A DNA stretch of 64,000 nucleotides, from assembly GCA_964036045.1 (NCBI GenBank), contig OZ038378.1, forward strand, positions 199,516,001 to 199,580,000. The letters run 5' to 3'. The notes below the pieces were generated by a model. That model searched no databases, was not told the DNA's origin, and saw nothing but the letters and a program-made list of their open reading frames with translations. Every line of letters starts with the position of its first letter. Position 1 is the first letter of the stretch. The stretch is from Eutreptiella sp. 'Long Island Sound 2002'. Lineage: Eukaryota > Protista > Euglenida. Shown piece by piece: positions 26,921-39,660 of this stretch. Position numbers and translations under genes: made by a program.

Positions 26921-29800
26921 CTAAGTCACCGCCAGAAGAGCCCCAGACACACCCTTTCCAAACACACTAAAAGTTGGGCTGCTTCGACTACCCTAGCTCA
27001 AAAAAAGAAAAAAGAAAAAAGAAAAAAAAAACAGTTGCAAGCTACCGTCCCTTCCCATAAGACATCATGCAAAATGGAAAAGGCCAAGAATGGTTGGAGG
27101 AGGCAAGATGGCGTTATTGGACAATCACATGGCTTTCTATGGCTTTGGATCCGAGGCATTGTCCTGCAATCAACAATGCTGCAGCTGAAACATCCGCGGG
27201 GCCCCCTGCTCCATTGGGGTCCATCCCTCAAGACATGGTCCCACATGCATATCATGTGATTCTCATGGGCTGGTGTACTAAGGCAAGGAGATGCCTACCG
27301 GAGATGTGCCACAAAGCCCCTCGACCTAGAAAAGAGAACATGCAGTGAAAATGAGCAAAAACATGCGTGAAAAGGTGTGAATAAGTGACATTGGGTGAAA
27401 ATCTAAGTACGCCATATCCTCAATGTAGAAGAAGCATCCAAAAACTGTTCTCAAACAACAACGATGCCCCTAGTATCACAAAGTATGGATTTCTAGTACG
27501 GCCGGATGCCCAAATAGTTGCACTCCACGCACACTGGGCTAAGGACGCCCCCTGAGGCCCAGAGAGATAGATGTGTTACAACAATACACTGCTTGACTGG
27601 CTGTTGTCTCCATGCATCTTGCACTTTGCCTGGGCCAAACAAATCCTACCAAGCAGGAACAAACACTCCAAAAACATTCCAAACATTCGAAAAGACATAA
27701 AGAAAGGCACCCTGTGCTGTGTGCAAGCGATGATTGCTGTAGTGTGCACAAAAAGAAATGATTGCTGTTGAATACAACTAGTTGCTCAAATCACACATTT
27801 GGTGGAGATATAACTGATGGGATTCAGTGGAAAATCGATTGGGTCTGGCAGAGACGTTGCAGTTGTCGATGGTGAATGGCACACCAACAGGCATCAGTGG
27901 TTCCCTTGCACTGTGCGGCGCCATTGCACAGCTGTGGTCAGCACAGAATGGAGGGTGAGAGCAATTGGGACGTACTCACACCGATTTGGGGGCGAACTAC
28001 GGTGCCTAGCGCATAGTTCCTGGTACAGAGGCAGGTCGCAGGCAAAAGGGTTTTGTCCTTCTACAAGAATGCCCTGATTTGATGGGCCGAAGGGCACGGT
28101 GTCCCACTCTTTGACCTGTGTCCTGTGCCTTGTGCTCTGTGCCGTGTGCCCTGAGTCCTTTTTGGGAGCCTTTTGCCTTGCACCCTTTGCTCACGATCTA
28201 TGCCACGAGGCCCACTCTGTGCCCAAGGATCAAATCTCAGTGTGGGGATCGGTGCAGTGATCAGTGGGGGGGGGGGGGGGTCAAAACAAATGCTCACGAA
28301 TCGTCAGTGAATTGTGCTTTCGCACGTACTCTTAGTCCCTGCCCCTGGACAGGCCGTCGACCCCCAGGACTGTGCAACGTGGGTGATGAAGTAAAGGGCC
28401 GAGGTCAAGTGTAAGGTGCCAGAGGAGATGTTTTGCCAATGGGCACCCTCGCGATAGATGCGAGCCGAGCCTGTGCACCAATTCCCAACGTGACTAGCCC
28501 CTCGTGTGATCAACAGAAATGAGGACTGAAAGGAGCCTTAACTGTCAGATGCCGCATCAAGACTTTTGCCTTCGTCTGGGTCATGGTTGGGTGTGTGCCT
28601 GCTGTGCCCTTTGGTCGCCCAGTCGGTCATCATGATGCGGACCATACCGTTTGCCCCTCGAGGCCAGGTTGTTGAAATCAATGGGGATCACCCAAAGTCC
28701 CAAGTACATAAACGCTGCTTTGAGGTCAAGAGTCAGAGTAGCATTAGCACGCTGGAGAGCAGAGAGTGACATGGGTGTCGGCAATGAATCAGATGAGCAA
28801 CAAACAAGCTACCAACCCATGGTAGCAAGTTCCGCCGTCCTTTGAAAACCACTGCGGCGTACGGCCTCCGATCCAACCCAAAGGTTTGGTGGACGACACA
28901 TTCCCCAACACATGCACGGGCGCACACAGACTGAAAGAGCAAAGAGACAGAGCCTCATCCTCCAGCTGGTTTTTAGTCTTGTCGAAGGCCAGGCCTTGCA
29001 GTTACAGGCCCCAGATGGAAAAAAGCGCATTGGAGGGGTCTGTTGGATGGTAGCCCCGAATGTAGCTGTTTAGCACACCCACACCCCCGACTGGTGCGCT
29101 GTGCATTCGCCCAGGCAGGGCTGAAGGGTCATTGCAAATGAAAGATGAGAAAACAGGTGAAAACGTCAGCACCGCGATGACAGAACTCATGTACTTTGGC
29201 CCGTACTTTGGCAACAAAGAAAAGTATCTTTTGTCTGCAATTGACGAACAGCATGAAACATGACCAGATTCCGACCAAGGTCAAGCCGCACAGTGGGGGG
29301 AAGGAAATGGCCAAAAGAGGTGCCTGCCCAGACTCCCCTCCAGCTCAGCCCTAATACAAAGATTTGATGAGAGTTTCAGACCGCGTTCAGGTAACAGTGA
29401 GAGAAAGGGCTCGGACAAGGATCACCGAGTTGGTAGTGGTAAAGCTTCTGCATCCCCTTGTAGGCAATAGGATGGAGCTGGCCATTTTAGCAGGTGACAA
29501 GCACGTGCAACATGCCAGAAAAAAAAATCATAGCCCAGGTGTTTCGCATTCGGCCCGGATTCGGCGGATATCAAGTCAAATCCCAAAAGGTTTCAGTGAG
29601 CAAGTGGAGCCTGCATGGGCTCCATGCCCACGGTTTCCTTACTGACGTACATTGCACGTGTGCTGGGAGCATTCTGCATTTGAGTCTGGCCGGGTACATT
29701 GACCTGCCATTTTGTGTCCGGAACGGAACAAAAACGGAGGGACCCCCAGCTCAGCCCTCAGTCCAGGCACTGCCGCTGCGTGGCGGTGCTCGGGCGTTGC

Positions 29801-30244
29801 TCAGTGCCCGGCAGCCACATAATCCCGGACGGCGGGCACAAAGGCATTACGGGTGCGATGGAAATACCAGCCCCGCAGCCCCGGGTACAAGCCGGATCTG
29901 CGGACCCAGTTCTGATGCGCAGTGTTGTGGCCCCCCGTCCGGGGCTCGACGCTGTAGATGGGCAGGTGGCCCCCAGCATTCCACTTCGCTGCAATGGCCA
30001 GGGTTGGGTTGCCCCAGTTGTCCGACGTCACAATACCCGCGGCGCGGCTCATTAGGAAAAACTCCTGCAAGAGTCGTACGGTATGGCCGTTGTGCCGGTA
30101 CTCGGGCAATCGCTGAGCGCGCTGCTGTGCCTGCTCCGCGGTGAAGGGATGCAGCGGTGCAGAGAGCTCTGTGAGCAGCACACGATAGGCGTCGCGCTGG
30201 CTGGCGTCGTCGGACAGAACGATCCAAGGCAATTTTCGCAGGCC
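29801..30244 (-). CDS. Methyltransferase-fucosyltransferase fusion gene, last exon (fucosyltransferase C-terminal part)
   Basis: attag|GGC, 444 nt to the stop. Reads GLRKLPWIVLSDD...LLQEFFLMSRAAGIVTS, resembling the xxxTDD and Dxxxls motifs of GDP-fucose transferases. Confidence 0.85.
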   Translation of the reverse strand, partial: GLRKLPWIVLSDDASQRDAYRVLLTELSAPLHPFTAEQAQQRAQRLPEYRHNGHTVRLLQEFFLMSRAAGIVTSDNWGNPTLAIAAKWNAGGHLPIYSVEPRTGGHNTAHQNWVRRSGLYPGLRGWYFHRTRNAFVPAVRDYVAAGH

Positions 30245-31690
30245 CTAATTGCAGGAGCGATCAAGACAGAGCGCCATTTCGTTATGATGCAAGAGCAGTC
30301 CCATAGCCGACACTACTCCCCATCGTCTACGGGTTTCACTTCCTTTTGAACCGGCAAATTTTCCGATGGTGAGCCATGCAGGCAGAGATTATTCTGCATC
30401 ACACCACTCCTCAATGCAGGGGGGAGAAGGAGGCAGGTGAGCGACAATGGCTTGCTGTCCCGCACATGACATGGCACAGCATCACACTCAGCACGGTACT
30501 CAGCATGGCGCCTTACATGTGCACATAGCATGGCACAGAGCATGGCATACAATAGCACGGTGCATAGCACTGCAAATTGCGTGGCGCATGGTATGACACG
30601 AGTTGTGGCACAGAACATGACACCGAGCATGGCACCAGGTGTACCTCTGGAATCCACCAACGCACTGGGACGAAAACTGCTTGGTCACCGTTGCCCAGCA
30701 TACTATGCTGAAAAGAGCAATTTCTCGCGGCTGCTGTTCCAACCAAGCGCCGAAACTCGGGTTGTACAGAGCCAGCTAAACGTCAGAGCAAGTATATTAG
30801 AGTGTTTAACTTCCTGGTACTCATCCTCCCATGCAATAGACTCCTCATGTGCCGTTGAATCATGCTGGTGTCCAAACTGTCCATGCAGGCCACAGGGGGG
30901 TGCTCAGTTCAGTTTCGGCCCCCAACCCCAACAGCGTGGGCAGGGGGGTCCATGGGGGGGGGGGGGAGTTAAACAAATTTTCAGCTTGGCATTTTTGAAC
31001 CCTGTTTCATTCTGAGCATTTTGAACATACACAAGTGGGATAAAATATCCTTTTACTGTTTACCACCAATGGAAAATGGTAGGGCATTCTGACGGAACCA
31101 GGCCAGGCAATACAAGGGCCAAAAGCATACTTGCAGCTGCACTTGGTTATGATAGCACAATCCTTACAGTGTGTTAGGGTATGCCTTGCCATTTCCTCCA
31201 TCCTCGCCCTAATGTCCTTAGCGCATGCCTTAGTGGCTGCGTAACCTCCGCCGTCTCAGGGAGAACTGCAATGGCCAAATAACCCTTGCCGTCTCAGGGA
31301 AAAGTGGAATGGCTATGCAACCCCTGCTATCTCAGGGAAAACTGAAAATATCCATGTAACCAGTGCATTCACATTACTCATATTTGACTTGTCCATTCAA
31401 AACTGAGCATTTTGGGTGTAAACACAATGAGGAAAATTTTCGGTGCCCCATCCAACAAGGCCAAAATAATTTTCTGGGCACCGTTGGCGCCCGAGACAGT
31501 TGTTCCTTGTTGTTCACCATTGGTGTGTCTGAGGGTGGGGGCGGCGGGGCTGGGGGGAGGGGGGATGGTTGGGGCCCAGCCCAACACGTAAGCCCCCACC
31601 ACCCGTGACGCAGGCCCCCTCAGGCACATTTGTACTTGGTGCTTCAACAAGGGCCTCTAGGGTTCGGCTTCAACCTTGCATATCATCAAG

Positions 31691-32694
31691 TACCTCAACA
31701 AAGTGCACTGGCGAACCATAATTTGCCATAATTTGTGCTGAGCCAAATGCGATGCTACGTGCCATGCTACGTGACTTGCAGTGTGCCATCGCAAAATGTG
31801 TGTTTCATAGAATGTGCTATGGTATTTTCTGGGTGTTTTGATGGATATCGCAGAGAAAGCTTTCGGGACCCTGCAGAAGTCTTATGGTGTGCATGCCATG
31901 TCTAGTGTAATTCATGGTGGTCCCACTGATGCGTGCTATTCTGCTACAGTGTTGCCGAAATGCTTCTGGGTGCCTTGGCCACCAACCCGAGCGGTTATTG
32001 TTGGGTTTGCACGGTTCACTTTTGCCATTGCACCCTCGTTGGGTGAGCAAAGTAGCCGTGTATCATAGTGTCTATGGTGGGGCCACCAAGAGGGGCAGAC
32101 AGGCTCCATACAGCAATGTCTGTGCAGACAGCAGACACGCTTGGCTTGGGCGAGCCCTGACTAGATGCCTTTTCCCCGCAGAATCACCACTGTCTGCGGT
32201 TGCACTAAAAGCTTTTGCAACCAGGGGAGTTGGTCTGGAAAAGAATGGGGGACGTTACATAGCGGGCATGCTGTGGGCACGGACAAGCATCAAAGGGTGT
32301 CGAGGGCAGGGCAAGAGCTTGGTGGGGACTACCAACTGTGCACTGCAGGGTGACCCGTATGCAGTGGTGAGAGGCCATTGGCACACCTCGTGGATGAAAT
32401 CTATGAGCCTCCGAGGAGAGCATGTAGTATGAGTTGCAATGGGATACCATGGCTTAGAATACAACATAGCATACACAGCATGGTGAATAGGATCACACAT
32501 ACCTCAACAAAGTGCACTGGCGAACCATCATTTGCCATAATTTGTGTTGAGCCAAATGCGATGCTACGTGCCATGCTACGTGGCTTGCAGTGTGTCATCA
32601 CAAAATGCGTGTTCCATAGAATGTGCTATGGTATTTTCTGGGTGTTTTGATGGATATCGCAGAGAAAGCTTTCGGGACCCTGCAGAAGTCTTAT
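31691..32694. repeat. 195-bp direct repeat pair (31691-31885 and 32500-32694) in an intron
   Basis: Near-identical from TACCTCAACAAAGTGCACTGG to CTGCAGAAGTCTTAT. Ends are not TG..CA. Confidence 0.9.
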
Positions 32695-32766
32695 CATGCC
32701 CTCTGGCGTGGACTGTCCAGCACTGAAAATGGAGCAGACTCGGCACTGATGCAGGAAAGTTGAGAC

Positions 32767-32965
32767 CTGATTCGTTTGGATGACCAGATCTCGCAGTGCA
32801 GTGTGCAGTTCCTCCTTCGCTGCATCAGTGAGTTGCCCCTTGTCACCGCGTCGTAAATATAGCACAAGGTACGAATAAGCAGCCGGCAGTCCAAGATCTA
32901 CTTTGGGCCTGAAGGAGGTTGCCACATGTTCGGCTGTCTTCAGCCAGGCCGCAGGATCCACACAC
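32767..32965 (-). CDS. Fusion gene exon 5 (GDP-fucose-binding motif)
   Basis: cacag|G...CAG|gtctca, 199 nt. Reads CVDPAAWLKTAEHVATSFRP...YLVLYLRRGDKG. Confidence 0.9.
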
Positions 32966-33009
32966 CTGTGAATGGGTGCGGTCATTTACACGGATGGGCA
33001 CAGACTTGG

Positions 33010-33300
33010 TGCAGTGTGGTGTGGTGTGGTATGGTGTGCCGAAAGCGCTGTTACGAAATGGCAATGGCCAGGATGCCTTGCATACGGGTATTGCAAAACG
33101 GGGGTGTAGTGTGGTGTGGTATGGTGTGGCATGGTGTGGTGTGGTGTGGTGTGGTGTGGTGTGGTGTGGTGTGGTGTGGTGTGGTGTGGTGTGGTATAGT
33201 GTGGTGTGGTGTGGTGTGCCGAAGGCGCTGTTACCAAATGGTATTGGCTGGGATGTCTTGCACACGGTAAAATGCAAAATGGGAGTGCTGTGTGTAGTGT
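33010..33300. repeat. (GTGTG)n arrays alternating with a repeated spacer of about 65 bp
   Basis: Spacer CCGAA(A/G)GCGCTGTTAC(G/C)AAATGG...GGATG(C/T)CTTGCA(T/C)ACGG...TGCAAAA occurs at about 33040 and 33219. A related spacer lies at about 36235. Confidence 0.85.
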
Positions 33301-33364
33301 GCTGCGCACCTGAGGAGGGGGGCCAGAGCCCCTTTGCAAGTGTTGTCCTCAATTCAGGGCTGCC

Positions 33365-34250
33365 CTAGGGACCTGTTGCTCCGCCTATTGGTGTAGTTGA
33401 AGCTCCTGCAAAAGCCCACGCTATCGTGCCCCAGGACCCCGAGCGGACCTTGTGAGGCCGTCGAGTGCTTTGGCATGGGCCAGCCAGACCTTCTACGATT
33501 CCGCCAACACTTGTGAGATGAACGATGTCTCCATGTCGTTTGGCCCTACCGGCCCCATATGTGCCACCCACATGGACGCCGTCCTCAGAGCGCTTTGCTA
33601 GCACCATCATGGGCCACAATGTGCCGCTACTGGTCATCGTGAAGCAGCCAAGAGGCAGACCAAGGCCTCTTCCGTAGTTGGGTCCCCATCGGTGCCATAT
33701 TAAACCCGTGCAAGGATAGCCGCCTAATCTAGCAGCCATGTTCGTCGGGGCCAAGTGGCCGTGGTCCTGCAACTTCTCTGGGGGTAGGACGGTGTAAGGG
33801 CGGCCAACAGCTAGGTGAGATCCGTCCGCGGCTTCTCCTTGGTTGCTGCGCACACTGATGGCGGTGATCTGATGCAAGGGCGTAACCACGATGTTGATCG
33901 CGGCCCTCGGGGCTAGGCGTTCCACTCCTAGGGTGTGTGCATATAGGTGTGTATGCCATCTTTACAATGTCCGTTCTCTTGGTACGTGTGGAGGGCGCCT
34001 ACGGCAGACTCCGAGTCCCGCGCCACCTCGCGCACACCCTCTTGCGGCGCTAGCTGACAGGCGCAAAGAAGCAGCAGGGTCATGACCTCGACGGCTTGAG
34101 AGGTTCCCACCCTTGGTGCTGTATTGCCCGAGCGTACCCTTGTATGCAAGCGCCATGGCCATTCCCGCCCGGGTGGTGCCTGCGTCAGTTGCTATGAACG
34201 CCCCACGGATTGTGGACAGTGGCAGCAAGTCATGGAAGCACACTCATGGC
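33365..34250 (-). mobile_element. LINE remnant with RNase H domain (copy 1)
   Basis: Frameshifted segments FIATDAGTTRAGMAMALAY, TSQAVEVMTLLL, EVARDSESAVGAL and VTPLHQITAISVRSNQGEAAD give the D-E-D-D order of RNase HI. Confidence 0.7.
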
Positions 34251-35639
34251 TCTATACGGGGTTGCAAATAATGGGGTGTCGCTGTGGGGGCGCGGTGGGG
34301 GTATAGTGTGGTGTGGACCCCAAAATATTCCCACATGTGTGTCCTTGGGGCGGGGTCCCACACCCCTACATATGGCCCTCCATGCAGGGCATGGAGGGCA
34401 ATATACAAGGGCCCCTTGTGGGGGCGCCCCGGGCGCTTGTGGGTTAGGCACTAGGCCGGGTACCTCAAAAGTGCCACCGCATCCGTTCAGAGCTCTATCC
34501 ATGGCTCGGGCGGCTAGGCAACCATGATGGTAAGCACAGTGTGCTGCGCATGGGACACCCACTCCCAATATTGTTGTCTCTGCGGTGCATGATGCCATAC
34601 CATTGTGGGGCCCTCCATGCCGCAAGCTGTTGTTGCGTGGCTACTCGCAGGTGGGGGGGGGGGGGGGTGCTCCACCTGCACTTGGATGTTCAAAATACTC
34701 ACCCACAGCCTATGCAGGCGGGTGTCGCTTCGGAGGTCGCCTCAAGGCTGTTTGCATACCGGGAGTGCCATAGTCCATCCTAGTGTGGCCATGACATCCT
34801 CCATGGTCGTGGTGAGCTGGATCGCACAACTCTGTTGGCAGACAACCTGCTCCCGGGTGGTCTTGGCTTCACAGCCACCAATGATTGCCGTGGACTATCA
34901 GGGAATCATTTGGCCCGGCGCCCAATCCTTAGGGGCTCGCTGCCAGCGGGGAGTCGGCATGTCTAGCAGGGGTTGTGGGACCCCCCGATGGTGGTGGAGC
35001 CAAAGCCCGATGGCCTCCACCCTGCGCCCCCTGGGGACGTCCGCTCATGGGTCTTGCTGACTACTGAACCCCACTTCGTGCGTAGAAATTCCCCATGTGG
35101 CGATAGCCCAGCGCCACAGCCGCCGCATCGGCCGTTGGGGGCTGATGGACTTGAGTGACCGCTCCGTATTGGCGGTGGTACGTCGTCACCACCAAGTAGA
35201 TGTCTTGCTATGCCAGCCCCATCTCCGGGCGGGATTTGAGTACGAGGACGGGCCGTGGTGCCCTCACAACGGGCCGGGAGCCACATGGGCACACCCACTT
35301 TGTCGACGACCAGCTGCATAGTGTCTCACAGGTGAGGGTGGTGTCAGCGGTGGGGGTTGGTGTGGTGTGGTGTGGTGTGGTGGCCATCATGGCGCAAATA
35401 TGGGTCCAAATGCGGCCCCAACGCATGGCCCCGGATGTGGCAATGATGGTCCTCGAGGCCAAAGTCCCCACCAAACTCTGTGCCGCAACCTGTGTCTACC
35501 ACCCCACGGCTGCAATCCAGCACACTAATGACGCCCTCTTGCTGCGGTGCTAGAAACACATCCTGGGCACCTCCTACCATGCCCGCACTAAAGCGCTCTA
35601 GGGGCCCTACAAGGACGGCTGCCTAGGGCTCCACCGCTC

Positions 35640-36170
35640 GGAGCATTCACGGCGGTGGCAGTGGCCGGGGAATGGGTCCGGCAAGGTGCGTGGGCCAAGG
35701 ACCATTTTAGGCAAGCCCAGCAAACCGCCGTAGCGGAGCAACGCCCCCTAAGGAGGCATTTGCCCCGCGGTGCTCACCCCGGGACAATGGATCCACCACC
35801 GAAACTGCCCCCATCTATTGTGTACGCTACAAATGGTCACCGACTGGGTATGTGTATACCGGTGATGTATGCCATCCCCGTAGTGCCCACCTTTTTGGTA
35901 GGTTCGTAGGGCACCTGCGGCGGGATATGAGTCAAGCACCACCCGGTGGACGCCCTCCTGCTACGTTGGCCGGCGGACGCATAGCAGCATGGTCATGGCC
36001 TCCCCGTCTTGGGAGGTCCCCACTCCGGAGGGCACCCAGGTGTGGTATTCCCCCGGTGCGCTCTCGTACGCTAGCGCCATGACCATCCCTGCCGGGGTAG
36101 CACCAATATCGGTCGCCACGATGGCCCCACATATGGTTGCCAACGGCAGCACTTCGTGGAACCATATGCC
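35640..36170 (-). mobile_element. LINE remnant with RNase H domain (copy 2)
   Basis: IVATDIGATPAGMVMALAY, TSQDGEAMTMLL and VLDSYPAAGAL. Nucleotide similarity to 33950-34250. Confidence 0.7.
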
Positions 36171-38169
36171 TAGTGTGGTGTGGTGTGGTGTGTTGTGGTG
36201 TGGTGTGATTTGGTGTGGTGTGGTGTGTAGAGGCAAAGGCCGGGATGTCTAGCACACGAGAAAATGCAAAACAGGTGGGCCTAGAACCTTAACCTTAAGA
36301 CCAATGGGGGGTCTGCAATTCAGCGCCTGACGCCAACCCCCGCAGCGTGGGCGGGGGGGTCCCGGAGGGGGGGGGGGGGGGTCGAAAAATTTTCTCCATT
36401 TTGTGGGCATTTTTGAATTCCCCATTTCATTCTGAGCGTTTTGAATATACACAATTGGGGTGAAATTTGGTTTTACCACTCACAACAAATGAAAAACAGT
36501 ACCATATTCCAACATATGTACCTGTGAATCAGCAAAAGGCTTCCCGGTCAGCAAAAGAAGACACGTGGCACGGCATTCCCTAACTCATTGTGAGCATTTT
36601 GAATGTAAACAATGGGGGGGGGAATCAAGTGTTTTGCAAATTTTCTATGCTCAAAAAAATTTTCTGGGCGCCGCTAGCGCCCACGTTGCCAGTTCTAATC
36701 AAGTGCTGACTAGTATGGGTTGGGTGGTGCAGAGGGGAGGGGGGGGGGGGGGTTGGTGTCAGGCCTCACAGGTAAGCGCCCCCCCCCCCGTGCTTAAGCC
36801 TTACTAAGACTAACGGCAAACTTACTAACACTAAAGCCCTTTGTTCGGCAAGCAAGACAAGGGGTAGCTACACGGCTCTCCTATCTACCTCCTCTACTGA
36901 GGGCCGCCCTTGGCACTCCCTGCCATCCCGCTTGCTGATGGAGCCGCACCTCCCACGCTATCGTGCCTCAACGCACAGGCCTCAATGAGCACCATGGGCC
37001 GTGGACAAGGGTGTCTCCTGCACACCACCACCAGGGGGGGGGGGGGTCTCGGAAATCGGATATCCTGCTTAAAACCCCCCTAGAGCCAAATTTAAAAAGG
37101 GGGGGGTGGGGGGAATTTAAGGGGCGTTTTCGCTGCGCGGGGGTATTGTGTGCGGGAAGGACGCCCCGGCCCCCAAAATCTCCCCCCACAACCCCACACC
37201 AAATGAAATACATAGTGTCGGGCACCTCCAAGCAGTGGGGTATGCGGCTCACATGTGATCCGACAATTCGCACCGCCCCTACCAACATCTATGGTAGGGT
37301 TTCATCGGCTTGGGAATTTCCGGCCATGGGTACCAAAAACCTCGGGACAGTGGGTCTCCGAGGCGGTCATGGGGTTCAAAATACACCATGGGCTGGGAAT
37401 TGCAGCATGGGGGTTGACCCGCATCAAGGGTGGTCATGGGGTTGGGAATGCACCATGGGGTTAGAAATACACCATGGGGTGAGAATGCATCAAGGGGAGG
37501 GCATAAAAGAAGGAGTGTGTGTGTGACTATGCTGGCTGGCCGACGCAACTCGGGAGGCCCTTAAGGCTGTGGCAGGCTAGGCCCCCCTCCCAGCGCCATT
37601 GTGTGGGCCTTCTAGTCCTAGTGTGCATGCTACTAAAGGGGACGGAGAGGGAGAGCGAGGAGGTGTAGGGCGTGGAGGAGGTATCGGTTTGTGTCATGTG
37701 TGTGCGTGCAGCTCCGCCTACTTCTTGCACCCTAACATCTTCACCATGTGTCGCTTCTTAGCACTTTGCTTGGGAGTGGTGATGGGCCGCTTTGTGCCCT
37801 TGCAGGGCGCAGCTTTCTTTTCCGGGAGAACTTCCATGCCAGAAGAAGAGGTAGAAGAGGAAGAAGGTGAGGAAGAAGAGGAGCTATCACCATCTTCGGA
37901 ACATGCGGAACTCTCGTTGCCGTTGGTCGAATCCTGATCTCTTGAAGACCCAAATCCCGCGGAGCTTGCATGCTCCTCTGGTTTCCACTCCCAATCCGAG
38001 CAGGCAAGAGAGGCTTCAGAAGAAGATGCACCCTCATTGTCAACCGCCTGTGCCACCTTCAAAATGATCCTGGGGTTCGTCAACAGGGGGATTTTTTTTT
38101 GGATCGCCCCTTTTTTTCTCATCGGCCTGGCTAACCACAACCCATTCCGTCAAATCAACGGTGTATGGT

Positions 38170-38510
38170 GCCATGGTGGGTTGGCAACGTGCCAAGTGAG
38201 TTTTGATGTCAAAACCCACGGGGTGGCACTGCACCCGGGAATAGGACATTCACGGGGCATGTTTTCTTGTTTGCGCATGGCCACTGCGTGCTTCAATGGG
38301 ACCACACACGGGCATGTGCTACTAATTTTCTTGCCACAATACTTGTGGTGCACGTGCCTGTAGTGCCACAGGAACCGCAAGGTTCGGCCTCATCACGCAT
38401 CCTTGGGTCCGGTACCACCTCTCCCTTCTGCAAGTGCAATGCCACATGATTGCGCATCCTTGCCAAAGCAATGGCCACTCCACAAACAATTTGGCACCTG
38501 TGCCGTTTTC
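38170..38510 (-). pseudogene. Decayed Cys/His-cluster coding remnant, probably transposon-derived
   Basis: RCQIVC...RMRNHVALHL...EPCGSCG, then after a frameshift NMPRECPIPGC...W...WHV...H. Confidence 0.4.
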
Positions 38511-39349
38511 ACAAAGGCAGATAGGGTGCCCAACGAACAGAATGACCCAACGACCACCGGCATCCATTTGGGCATCCAAAAAAACCACATGCCCGTTCTG
38601 AAACTCACATCCCGCACCAAACCGTCCCGTCCACTGCAACAAGGTCGGATCACTTGTCATTGCGACAAAGGGCAAAAATTGACCTGTCACGGGGATGGAA
38701 TATCCTGTCGCAAGCCCCTCCTTGGTGATACCATAAACCCGTGCCCTGTGAACGGTGCACCATGAAAAACTAAATGTGCCCACAAAACACGTCCGTTGCG
38801 AGCCCCATATGAAGGTCACTAGTGCAAGAAAGATAGCCCCGACCGTTACTGCATCCTCATCAAAATTGCAATTGTCAGACAATGCAACATTGTTTACATT
38901 CGTGGTGGTTTGGCCAAACCGGGAAGTTTGTGCTGTAACCTAACCGCAGCCGATCGGTTGACGCATGTTCAACATTGCCGTTGAATTACTCATTGACAAG
39001 TTGTGTAATATGCACGGTGTCTCGGGGGTCCCCAATGCCAAGCGCGGGGAGAAAATCAGAATTGGCTGTCTCACCCCTACCTTCTCGGGGACCCACAAGT
39101 GGGTGGAATTGCTACGTCACCCCTGCGTTCTCGGGGGTCCCCAGCAAAGGGGACAAAATCAAAGTGGCTGCATTGGGGGCAAGGACAAAACTTTGGATGT
39201 GCAGCCCAAAAGAATATCACATCAATTTCGCAAAAATGGTGTGCCTGCGTCGAAAAACACCCTTAAAAAACCCCCACGGACCATTTTAAAAAACCGGGGG
39301 GTGTTTCCAACCACCCCCCCCCCCCGCGCTATCAGATTTCTGAGAAACC

Positions 39350-39660
39350 CAACCACCACCCTGCTGTGGCTCCTCCTATTCACTGTCTCACTGCTGTGGG
39401 CACTAAGCACTGGGGCTCCTTTTGCATACCACCGCCTTGGACGTGGCATTGGGTTGTGGGTCTCTCTCTGTACAACGCCGCACCGCAGGGGCAGTGGGCA
39501 GTGGGTATCCTACACTACGCTGCACTGCAGGGAGCAGTGGGCAGTGGGCCTCCTTCAATACACTGCTGCACTACAAAGGGTAGTGGGTAGTGGGTATCCT
39601 TCAGTACATTGCCGCACTGCACGGGGCAGTGGGCAGTGCACCTCCTTCGGTACGCTGTGT
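39350..39660. repeat. About 40-bp minisatellite (CACTGC...GGGGCAGTGGGCAGTGGG)
   Basis: The motif recurs at about 39490, 39530, 39580 and 39622. Confidence 0.75.

Noticed and set aside
28581-28784. TLTLDLKAAFMYLGL resembles a reverse transcriptase DxxxAF motif
   Set aside because: No downstream PxG or YxDD motif in any nearby frame, so it is a single short match.
28930-29060. SIWGL*LQGLAFDKTKNQLED resembles the dynein heavy chain C-terminus
   Set aside because: Short, contains a stop, and no other dynein exons are in the window.
33010-33300. Repeat-spacer alternation superficially like a CRISPR array
   Set aside because: The spacers are homologous to each other, the repeats are variable-length microsatellites, there are no cas genes, and the context is eukaryotic.
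32843-33368. HHTTP / VVWCG repeat ORFs (also at about 35961-36252)
   Set aside because: They are translations of (GTGTG)n arrays.
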